Assembly: GCA_016839365.1 (NCBI GenBank) | Contig: JAEOUH010000050.1 | Span: 1 to 12,166, forward strand | Origin: Candidatus Hermodarchaeota archaeon | GTDB taxonomy: Archaea; Asgardarchaeota; Hermodarchaeia; Hermodarchaeales; Hermodarchaeaceae | DNA: 12,166 nt | Direction of reading: 5' to 3' | Shown: positions 1 through 7,610 of the stretch, piece by piece | Layout of the letters: each line of letters begins with the position of its first letter | Position numbering within the stretch: the first letter of the stretch is position 1 | The notes under the pieces: generated by a model | Database searches by the model: none | Seen by the model: only the letters and a program-made list of their open reading frames with translations | What the model was told of the DNA's origin: nothing | Made by a program: the position numbers and the translations under genes

Positions 1-2373
1 AAATCAGTTATATTCAATATCACTATCACAGATATTTGGGGAAGACTAGTCAACGATAGTCTTGTGGGCTATTATTGGTCTGGTACCGATAGCAGTTTCA
101 CCTTCATTTCAGCGGGTGTATATTCTGGTATCCTTGATGCCACTTTTGATGTAGATCGTTACTTAGTTGAAATTCGTGCAGAGAAAGCTTATGCTTACGC
201 TACCGAAATACATTACTTCACTTTCGTAATTAAGAATGGGCCTAGCACCTTCACAGCAATCACAGCAACATCCCAAATCGTCTATGTTGGAGAACTAATG
301 AATATCACAGTAAAGTACCTTGATGGCAGTAATAACTCCATCAATGTGGCTCAGGTATTTTTTGATCATGCGTTTATTGGAGGTATAGATCTGACGGAGA
401 TCGGCACAACTGGTATCTACACTTGGACCAACAATTCAGCGTTCTATGGGATTGGCGTTTACACTATTCAGGTTAAAGCTCAGAAAACCTACTTGGAATC
501 CCAAACCTTAGTTTTTGTTATTGAAGTAAAATTTAGTAACGCCCGGATTATACCACTTGGAGATGCAGAAGATTTCGAGATTGAAGTTGAATATCTTGAA
601 AACTTTACAATCACTGTCGTGATGTTCGACGAGACCCATAGTACCAACATTTCGCTAGCCACTATTGAAGCACGCTGGGATGGATATCCCATAACTGACT
701 TTAACCTAACAGAATACGTGAGTGGGCATTCCTACTATACATTTAATTTTCCAGCCAATGTTTCTGAAGGACTCTGGCAATTAACCCTTATTTGGATTGA
801 AACACCAACTACATTCGGGTACGATTGTGACCCGATAGTAATTCAAGTATCAATTACTGAACGGCAGACGAATCCAATTACGCTTGTTGAAGCAGTGGCT
901 GTGTATGGCTGGTGGAACGGAACTCACATCGTTGAAGAATGGAGCACGATTATTCCTCTCAATCAATTGGAAGTGCCCTATGGTGATTTCCTATATCTTT
1001 ACTTCAATTGGACCGCTCAAGATGGATCAATAGTCGAATTTGGCGGAGGGCTTGCAACAGTGGGAACCCTCAGCGTCGATATTTCATTCGATATAAATAG
1101 AGTAATTGAAGGAAGAACTGGATACTACCTGCTAATCCTTAATTCCACAAGATTTGGTTTCGGTCCAAAGGGAATTTCAGTTGAAGTGACAAAGCCTAAC
1201 TTTCAACCTCAACCAATGTCGACTGGTTTTACCGTTATTAGCATCCCAATGTCATTGACAGTAGAAGAGATGGTTGGCTATTCAAACCTCGATGGAAATA
1301 ATGTTGAGCTTTGGGTTGGTTCCCCATTAGAATGCATTGTCAATCTAACGGATACCTGGCATGGTTGGGGAGTAACAGGTGCAAATATCAGTATACCCAC
1401 AGCCGCTTTTACTTCTGTTAATATTACTGAACTCTCTGATGGTCTGTATAGCATAGTCGTTATTCGATCAGGTACTGAGACGTTCTTAGATTTCGAAATT
1501 GGGGCGGCTAAAATAAATTATCTGCTTTCAGAACCACTTCACTATACCATGGCAATCAGATTCAGTCCAATCTTCGTTGCAACTACTCAAGCTGCTGCTG
1601 TTGGAGTGGTAGTCCTCATTATCGCTTTGATTGGATGGATTATGTGGGCTCGCGTGTACTCGATTCCATGGGAAGTCCGTCGAATGCGAAAGCTTGCCAA
1701 GACGATCGAGAAAGATGAAAGATTCACGTTGAGCAAGAAGGACTATAAGAAATTCCACCAACGTGGTATCATTTTAGAAAGCAAAATTGAATCAGCGATG
1801 GCACCTATCGGAATTGCGACTACTGTTGCAATGATTCCTACCACGGAAGAAGTCGAAGAAGTCACTGCAACCGAAGAGGACATCATGGGTGAATTAGACA
1901 AGATTCCAGGTCTCGGTCCTGAAGAAAAAACTGTCTTGGCCGAAGAGATGCGCAAGATCCCTCGTAAGGATCGGATTTGGTTCTTGGATGACTTGCGTAA
2001 ACAGATGGGTCAGCGGCGGATGGACTTCTTGACCATGCGGGAACAGCCTGTGACGCCTGAGCCTGTCCCAGAAAAAGCGGCTCCTCCTGTCCCCGAAGAG
2101 CCTGAGCTGGAGACGGTGAAGCCCAAGGAGCCACCCCCGTCTAAAGCGTTGATGGAGGATCGGACGGCGCCGACAGTGTTGCCTCCCGACTTGCAGCCAG
2201 CCCCCGCAGCGCCACCAGGAGTGATTGCCGAAATCCGTCGTGAATTAGACAAGATTCCAAGTCTTTCTAAGCAAGAGAAGGCAGCCTTGGTGGATCACCT
2301 GCAGTATTTGAGTAAAGAGGAACGGCAGGCGACATATCGGTCGCTGCGCATGTCCGCAGATTCTAACGAATAA
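1..2373 (+). CDS. Large single-pass cell-surface glycoprotein, 5'-truncated: tandem Ig-like/beta-sandwich repeats, one TM helix, ~240-aa cytoplasmic tail
   Basis: Frame 1 is open from base 1 (KSVIFNITITDIWGRLVNDSLVGYYW...), so the GTG at 64 is probably internal. About five ~100-aa beta-rich units share a G-x-Y...(Y/W)xIxVxAxK pattern (e.g. TEIGTTGIYTW...GVYTIQVKAQKTY; ELSDGLYSIVV...EIGAAKINY). About 15 N-x-S/T sequons, all before the hydrophobic helix AAAVGVVVLIIALIGWIMWA (~1591-1650), which is followed by basic residues (VRRMRKLAK). Stop TAA 2371-2373. Confidence 0.85.
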   Translation, partial: KSVIFNITITDIWGRLVNDSLVGYYWSGTDSSFTFISAGVYSGILDATFDVDRYLVEIRAEKAYAYATEIHYFTFVIKNGPSTFTAITATSQIVYVGELMNITVKYLDGSNNSINVAQVFFDHAFIGGIDLTEIGTTGIYTWTNNSAFYGIGVYTIQVKAQKTYLESQTLVFVIEVKFSNARIIPLGDAEDFEIEVEYLENFTITVVMFDETHSTNISLATIEARWDGYPITDFNLTEYVSGHSYYTFNFPANVSEGLWQLTLIWIETPTTFGYDCDPIVIQVSITERQTNPITLVEAVAVYGWWNGTHIVEEWSTIIPLNQLEVPYGDFLYLYFNWTAQDGSIVEFGGGLATVGTLSVDISFDINRVIEGRTGYYLLILNSTRFGFGPKGISVEVTKPNFQPQPMSTGFTVISIPMSLTVEEMVGYSNLDGNNVELWVGSPLECIVNLTDTWHGWGVTGANISIPTAAFTSVNITELSDGLYSIVVIRSGTETFLDFEIGAAKINYLLSEPLHYTMAIRFSPIFVATTQAAAVGVVVLIIALIGWIMWARVYSIPWEVRRMRKLAKTIEKDERFTLSKKDYKKFHQRGIILESKIESAMAPIGIATTVAMIPTTEEVEEVTATEEDIMGELDKIPGLGPEEKTVLAEEMRKIPRKDRIWFLDDLRKQMGQRRMDFLTMREQPVTPEPVPEKAAPPVPEEPELETVKPKEPPPSKALMEDRTAPTVLPPDLQPAPAAPPGVIAEIRRELDKIPSLSKQEKAALVDHLQYLSKEERQATYRSLRMSADSNE
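1879..2349 (+). repeat. Intragenic duplication of a 40-aa helical module (copy 1 1879-1998, copy 2 2230-2349)
   Basis: Ungapped alignment DIMGELDKIPGLGPEEKTVLAEEMRKIPRKDRIWFLDDLR vs EIRRELDKIPSLSKQEKAALVDHLQYLSKEERQATYRSLR, 14/40 identical. Exact 20-bp DNA repeat gtgaattagacaagattcca at 1889-1908 and 2240-2259. Confidence 0.85.
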
Positions 2374-2419
2374 TCGCCTAGCCTGGAATTATGTAATGCT
2401 AGCTGAAAATGCAGGATAG

Positions 2420-3838
2420 CTAGGTGCAGTGTCCGATGCACCAGTGAGCATAGCGTGTTATAACCCCTAGGGTGCGTGCAGCGCGTTCGGGCATCGGATA
2501 CACCGGGACGCCGGCATCTTGCAGGGTGCGGATGCCTGAATCGCTGCGGTCTTGTGTGGAGGAGATAAATACTGGTTTCTGGTGCTGCTTAATGGTGCGG
2601 ATGAGTTGAGTGGCCGCATCTTCAAACTCGGTTTGCATCAGCGTGACGACGTTTTGGGGGACGTCGGGGCTTTGTCGGAATTGGATCATCAGGTCGGGTC
2701 CAAAGAAGCCGTGGATGAGGAGTGAATCGATAGTATCGAGGGCAAGCAGGATGTCGGCGCACTGGGCGAACAAGTGCATGTTAATGGTGAAAGTGCTGTC
2801 GACGGGATTGCCAGTCACTGCGGTGGGAGGGAGTAGGGTCTTCAGCTGCTCTTGAACCGTGTCATCGAGGGGGGGTACGGTGAGGCCTTCTTCGGCGCAT
2901 ACATCGGTTAGGGAGACCCCTGGTCCGCCGGAGTTGGTGAGAATGGCGACACGGTTGCCCTTTGGGAGGGGCTGGTGTCCGAGGGCCATGGACCAGTCGA
3001 ACAGGTCTTCGAGGCTGTTTCCTCGTAGGATACCGACTTGGCGCATGGCACCTTGAAAGATGTCGTTGCGACCAGCGAGGGCTCCGGTGTGTGAGGTGGC
3101 AGCGCGTTGGCCTTGGCTGGTGCGGCCTACTTTCATGAGTAAAATTGGTTTCTTGGGTGTGATTTCCTTTGCGGCGTCTAGGAAGCGGGGTCCGTCATTG
3201 AAGCCCTCGATATAGAGTAAAATGACACGGGTTTTAGGATCATTGGCGAGGAGCTGGATATAATCGGTGCAGGTTAATACCGCTTCATTACCCGTGCTGA
3301 TGACGGTGCTGAGCCCTAGCCCCCAGCGTTCGATGGAGAGGAAGTTTTGTGCGGCAAAAGCACCACTTTGGGAGACAAATGCAACAGGTCCTTGCCTTGG
3401 AAAATAGGGCATTGTGGTTAGATTGAGTTTGAGTATGGGGCGGCTAATGCCAACGCAATTGGGGCCCACTAGGTTGAATTGGTGGCGTTGAGCAATGACT
3501 TTGATTTCTTCTTCAGCCTCTTGCCCTTCAGGTCCTGCTTCCCGATACCCTGCTGTGACGAGGATGATGTTGCGGATGTTGGCTTGGGCGCATTGATCGA
3601 GAACTTCGGGGACAGCGGATTTGGGGACAACGATGGAGGCCAAGTCGGGTGTGGGGCAGTCGAGAACACTACGGTAGGCTTTGTAGCCGTGTACCGTATG
3701 GGCTTTGGGGTGAATGGGATAGACTTCACCTTCATAGCCTCCGGATCGGACGTTGAAGGTGATGAGGGAGCCCATTTTGGTGATGTTGGTGGAGGCGCCG
3801 ACGATGGCGATGGATTTGGGGTTGAGCAGACGTTCCAT
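2420..3838 (-). CDS. acdA: Acetate/acyl-CoA ligase (ADP-forming) alpha subunit
   Basis: 472 aa. CoA-binding N-terminus (LLNPKSIAIVGAS), GPNCVG, VSQSGA, STGNEA, LYIEG, phospho-His motif SHTGALAG, TNSGGPGV, NPVD and C-terminal GVPVYPMPERA. No upstream in-frame ATG/GTG/TTG before the stop. Confidence 0.93.
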   Translation of the reverse strand: MERLLNPKSIAIVGASTNITKMGSLITFNVRSGGYEGEVYPIHPKAHTVHGYKAYRSVLDCPTPDLASIVVPKSAVPEVLDQCAQANIRNIILVTAGYREAGPEGQEAEEEIKVIAQRHQFNLVGPNCVGISRPILKLNLTTMPYFPRQGPVAFVSQSGAFAAQNFLSIERWGLGLSTVISTGNEAVLTCTDYIQLLANDPKTRVILLYIEGFNDGPRFLDAAKEITPKKPILLMKVGRTSQGQRAATSHTGALAGRNDIFQGAMRQVGILRGNSLEDLFDWSMALGHQPLPKGNRVAILTNSGGPGVSLTDVCAEEGLTVPPLDDTVQEQLKTLLPPTAVTGNPVDSTFTINMHLFAQCADILLALDTIDSLLIHGFFGPDLMIQFRQSPDVPQNVVTLMQTEFEDAATQLIRTIKQHQKPVFISSTQDRSDSGIRTLQDAGVPVYPMPERAARTLGVITRYAHWCIGHCT

Positions 3839-3909
3839 AGTAGGAGCTCCAAGAGGGGTACAGGGATTAGGGTGCCTGTTCCCATAAGCCTTCTGCCTGT
3901 TAGGGAAAT

Positions 3910-3970
3910 CAAAAACAATTAAAGCGACATGGAAGAGTAGCTGCTATCACATGACCTACCTTACGGAGGG
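3910..3970 (+). promoter_or_regulatory. Putative BRE/TATA promoter and Shine-Dalgarno for fprA in the divergent acdA/fprA intergenic region
   Basis: A-rich caaaaac followed by aattaaag (~3910-3924); GGAGG at 3965-3969, 7 nt before ATG 3977. Confidence 0.5.
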
Positions 3971-3976
3971 TTTCCC

Positions 3977-5167
3977 ATGACAGCAGAAAAAGTTGAGATT
4001 GTAAAAGATGTTTATTGGGTGGGTGCCATTGACTGGATGCTCCGTGACTTCCACGGGCTCTGGACCCCGAATGGCGGCACCTACAACGCGTACCTCATTA
4101 TTGATGAAAAAGTCACCCTCATTGACACGGTCTCGGCCAATTTCACCGAAGAACTTTTGGACCGTATCCGCACGATTATCGATCCTGCTAAAATCGATTA
4201 CATTATTTGCCAGCACGTTGAGCCTGATCACTCCTCAACTTATGAAGACATGATTAAGGCTGCACCGAATGCGAAAATCATCACCTCAGAGAAAGGAGCA
4301 GAATTCCTGAAGCTCCACTATCCGGGCGTCGAGTTTCCCCTCGAAATCGTTGAAGATGGGGCTTCCTTAAGTCTTGGCAAGCGTTCACTCACCTTTGTCA
4401 AGATCCCCATGGTACATTGGCCCGAAACCATGATTAGTTACATGCCCGAAGAACAGCTAGTCTTCAGCAACGATGCCTTTGGTATGCAAATCGCCAGTCC
4501 CTACCGGTTTGCAGACCAAGTCCACGACTGGTATGAACCCCTGCGAGCCTACTACAGCTATATTGTTCGATTCCATGCCAAAGCCGTGTTAAGCGCCTTC
4601 AAAAAAGTGGAAGGCATTCCCATCAAGATTATCTGCCCCTCCCACGGTCCGATTTGGCGCAAAGACCTCGACAAAATCATGGAGATATATCATCGCTGGT
4701 CCAGCAGCCCGGAAAAGGAAAATGCCATTGTCGTCTATTCGACGATTTGGAAGAGCACGAAGAAAATGGCGTATGCTATCCGTGAAGGAATCGCCAGCGT
4801 AGGTGTACCTGCCGAGATATACAACCTGGAAGAAGAACCACTCAGCCGTGTCCAAGGAGCAGCCATGGAAGCGAAGGCAGTTGTAGTGGGAGCCATGACC
4901 TACAACCTCGACCCTTATTATCCCACTGCGGCGTTTATGCCCTACCTGAAGCACCTACGACCTGAGAACAAAATTGGTGCTGCCTTTGGTTCTTATGGCT
5001 GGAGTGGTGGTGCAACGCGGGTGCTTACTGAGGAATTGAAAGAGTACAAGTTTGGAGAAGTGTTAGACCCCCTCGATGTACGATTCCGTCCTAGCGAAGA
5101 AGATTTAAAGCGCTGCTTTGAGTATGGTCAAGAAATCGGGCGAAAAGTCAAAGCGGCCTTCGCCTAA
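3977..5167 (+). CDS. fprA: Class A flavodiiron protein (FprA family, O2/NO reductase): metallo-beta-lactamase plus flavodoxin domains
   Basis: YWVGAIDW..RDFHG, GGTYNAYLI, diiron ligands HVEPDH, VHWPE, SNDAFG and PSHG; flavodoxin motifs YSTIWKST and FGSYGWSGGA. Confidence 0.95.
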   Translation: MTAEKVEIVKDVYWVGAIDWMLRDFHGLWTPNGGTYNAYLIIDEKVTLIDTVSANFTEELLDRIRTIIDPAKIDYIICQHVEPDHSSTYEDMIKAAPNAKIITSEKGAEFLKLHYPGVEFPLEIVEDGASLSLGKRSLTFVKIPMVHWPETMISYMPEEQLVFSNDAFGMQIASPYRFADQVHDWYEPLRAYYSYIVRFHAKAVLSAFKKVEGIPIKIICPSHGPIWRKDLDKIMEIYHRWSSSPEKENAIVVYSTIWKSTKKMAYAIREGIASVGVPAEIYNLEEEPLSRVQGAAMEAKAVVVGAMTYNLDPYYPTAAFMPYLKHLRPENKIGAAFGSYGWSGGATRVLTEELKEYKFGEVLDPLDVRFRPSEEDLKRCFEYGQEIGRKVKAAFA

Positions 5168-5272
5168 CCCCTATTATAGCTATTTTCACTGTTCGTTTCG
5201 TTAAATGATCGTGTGTAGGAGGATTCGATAGAACTCTTCACATTTCTGGATACTTTGTACCCTGTCGATTCG

Positions 5273-5302
5273 GCAAGATTGTAAAGCGCAAGATTGAAAA
5301 GC
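5273..5302 (+). repeat. 15-bp tandem direct repeat (2 copies, 1 mismatch) upstream of the HMG-CoA synthase promoter
   Basis: gcaagattgtaaagc (5273-5287) immediately followed by gcaagattgaaaagc (5288-5302). Confidence 0.8.
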
Positions 5303-5313
5303 CCAAACATTGC

Positions 5314-5353
5314 CGGAACCGGGTATAAAGCGCCCTCGAAAACGCCAGGAGAC
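5314..5353 (+). promoter_or_regulatory. Putative TATA box and SD-like site for the HMG-CoA synthase operon
   Basis: tataaag at 5324-5330, 40 nt before ATG 5364; aggaga at 5348-5353. Confidence 0.55.
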
Positions 5354-5363
5354 ATACAATGCC

Positions 5364-6413
5364 ATGCCAGAAGTTGGTATCTTAGGTTATGGTGGATACA
5401 TTCCCAAGTATCGCATCAAAGTAGAAGAAATCGCCCGTGTCTGGGGCAAAGACGGAAAATCCATTGGAGCAGGCCTTGGCCTCATTGAAAAAAGTGTCCC
5501 TGGACTCGACGAGGACACGACGACAATTTCCGTTGAAGCCGCACGTAATGCCTTGAAATGTGCCCAAATCGACCCTAATCGCATCGGAGCGGTGTACGTG
5601 GGATCCGAATCCCATGTGTACGCCACCAAACCCACTGGAACAGTAGTGGCGGAAGCCATCAATGCTCCCAATAGTTTGCAATGCGCCGATTTCTCATTCG
5701 CGTGTAAGGCGGGCACAGCAGCCATGCAAGTGTGCATCGGATTGGTCAAATCCAAGGAAGTGGACGTGGGATTGGCCATCGGATCTGATACGGCACAAGC
5801 TAAGCCTGGCGACGCCCTGGAATATGCGGCTGCGGCTGGAGGAGCTGCCTTCCTCATTGGCAGTGACGAGGATATGGTGGCAAGCTTCGAAGGGACTTAT
5901 TCGTATACGAGTGATACTCCTGACTTTTGGCGGCGGGAGGGTACCGATTTTCCTGAACATGGTTCACGGTTCACAGGTTTACCTGCTTATTTCCGACATG
6001 TTCAACAGGCGGCTATGGGATTATTTGAGAAGTTGGGCACTAAAGCAAGCGATTATGATTGGGGTGTATTTCATTCTCCGAATGGAAAGTTTCCCCGCCG
6101 GGTTGGTCAGACCCTTGGGTTTAAACCGGAGCATATTCAGCCGTCCCTTGTGGTGGACTATGTTGGTAACACCTATGCTGGTAGTTCACCGCTCGGGTTA
6201 GCAGCCACCTTGGATATTGCGAAACCGGGTCAGAAAATCCTCATGGTTTCCTATGGTTCGGGGGCAGGGAGCGATGCCTTTCATATTGAAGTTATGAAGC
6301 CCCTGACTGAAAAACGGAAACGCAAGCCCATGGTGCAAGATTACATTGATGATAAGGTGTATATCGACTATGCCCAGTATGCAAAGCATCGACGGACCAT
6401 CAAAGTGGAGTGA
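5364..6413 (+). CDS. mvaS: Hydroxymethylglutaryl-CoA synthase, archaeal type
   Basis: Probable start ATG 5364 ([18 protein letters not shown]), not the TTG at 5310. Catalytic Glu (VGSESH), Cys (FACKAGT) and His (FHSPNGKFP); also [34 protein letters not shown]. Confidence 0.95.
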   Translation: MPEVGILGYGGYIPKYRIKVEEIARVWGKDGKSIGAGLGLIEKSVPGLDEDTTTISVEAARNALKCAQIDPNRIGAVYVGSESHVYATKPTGTVVAEAINAPNSLQCADFSFACKAGTAAMQVCIGLVKSKEVDVGLAIGSDTAQAKPGDALEYAAAAGGAAFLIGSDEDMVASFEGTYSYTSDTPDFWRREGTDFPEHGSRFTGLPAYFRHVQQAAMGLFEKLGTKASDYDWGVFHSPNGKFPRRVGQTLGFKPEHIQPSLVVDYVGNTYAGSSPLGLAATLDIAKPGQKILMVSYGSGAGSDAFHIEVMKPLTEKRKRKPMVQDYIDDKVYIDYAQYAKHRRTIKVE

Positions 6414-6418
6414 GAAAA

Positions 6419-7600
6419 ATGTCAAAAGAAATACCAGCAAAAGAGCGTATAGCCATTATTGGTGTAGGCCAAACCGCCTTCGGTGAACAATGGGACCGCA
6501 GCATCCGCCGGATATCACTCACTGCGGCAACGGCTTGTCTAGCGGATGCGGGTGTCAGTGGCGATGATATTGATGCTCTGTATGTCAGTAACACATCGAC
6601 CAGCTCGTTCATTCAACAGGAACACCAAGCGGTCATGGCTGCTGATTCAGGTGGACTTCTACCTGTCGCCTCCACCGAGGTGGAAGCCGCTTGCGCTAGC
6701 GGAGGCGTTGCCGTCCGCCACGCATTCCTGGCAGTCAAATCCGGTGAACACAAGGTCGCCATGGTCATTGGCTGTGAGAAAATGAGCGACATCTCAGAAC
6801 CCGCCATCGCGGATACCCTGATGAGTGCAGCGGACCGAGAATGGGAGGGACAGATCGGTGCCACCTTTCCTGCACTTTTTGCACTCCTTGCCCGCCGACA
6901 TATGCATCATTACGGAACCACTGAAGAGCAGCTAGCCGCCCCTGCAGTTAAGGCACATGCGAATGCGGTAGATAACCCCTATGCACAATTTCGGTTTAAA
7001 ATCACCACGGAGCAAGTTCTGAAAGGTCCTGTTGTTGCAGATCCATTGCGTATGCTGCATTGTGCCCCAATATCTGATGGCGCTGCTGCTGCAATACTTG
7101 TTCGGGGCGATTTGGTTGAAAAATTCGAAGGAGATCCTATATGGATCGATGCTTCGACTCAAGCGTCTGACACCCTGGCGTTGCATGACCGCCCGCATAT
7201 CACACGTTTTGGAGCAGTAACAAGTGCGGCGAAAAAGGCGTTTGAGAAATGTAAAATGAAACCTAAAGATGTGGAAATCGCCGAAGTCCACGACTCCTTT
7301 AGTATCAGTGAAATCATTGCAGTCGAGGACTTGGGATTTGTTGAAAAAGGAAAAGGCGGTTTTGCTATTGCTGATGGATATTTCGACAAGAAGGGTACCC
7401 TTCCGGTCAACGTGAGTGGTGGTCTTAAAGCCAAAGGTCACCCCGTTGGAGCAACAGGTATTGCCCAAGTCGTCGAAATGGTCGAACAACTCCGAGGCAC
7501 CGCTGGTAAACGCCAGGTCAAAGGTGTCAAACGGGGCCTCACCCTCAATCTGGGTGGCACAGGCTCCACAGCAGTCCTGCATATTTTGAATCGTGAATAG
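6419..7600 (+). CDS. Acetyl-CoA C-acetyltransferase (archaeal acetoacetyl-CoA thiolase, SCP-x-like clade)
   Basis: IAIIGVGQTAFG, catalytic EAACASGG, GCEKMSD, NPYAQFR, PISDGAAA, EVHDSF, SGGLKAKGHPVGATG, NLGGTG. SD-like ggagtga (6407-6413) favours ATG 6419 over GTG 6410. Confidence 0.94.
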   Translation: MSKEIPAKERIAIIGVGQTAFGEQWDRSIRRISLTAATACLADAGVSGDDIDALYVSNTSTSSFIQQEHQAVMAADSGGLLPVASTEVEAACASGGVAVRHAFLAVKSGEHKVAMVIGCEKMSDISEPAIADTLMSAADREWEGQIGATFPALFALLARRHMHHYGTTEEQLAAPAVKAHANAVDNPYAQFRFKITTEQVLKGPVVADPLRMLHCAPISDGAAAAILVRGDLVEKFEGDPIWIDASTQASDTLALHDRPHITRFGAVTSAAKKAFEKCKMKPKDVEIAEVHDSFSISEIIAVEDLGFVEKGKGGFAIADGYFDKKGTLPVNVSGGLKAKGHPVGATGIAQVVEMVEQLRGTAGKRQVKGVKRGLTLNLGGTGSTAVLHILNRE

Positions 7601-7610
7601 GTGAATCCTC

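Noticed and set aside
64-66. GTG start of the 769-aa ORF
   Set aside because: The frame is open back to base 1 with the same repeat-like sequence, and there is no signal peptide at 64; the gene most likely starts upstream of the window.
1889-2264. 20-bp direct repeat as a CRISPR repeat or att site
   Set aside because: Only two copies, 351 bp apart and in frame within a CDS, encoding a duplicated protein motif; no cas or integrase gene in the window.
3469-3922. Overlapping 149-aa (-) and 147-aa (+) ORFs
   Set aside because: Alternative-frame/antisense shadows of acdA. Their Pro/Ser- or Gly/Asp-rich composition follows from the local G/C skew, with no recognisable motifs.
5310-5363. 18-aa N-terminal extension of HMG-CoA synthase from TTG 5310
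   Set aside because: Overlaps the putative TATA box; family similarity begins at ATG 5364.
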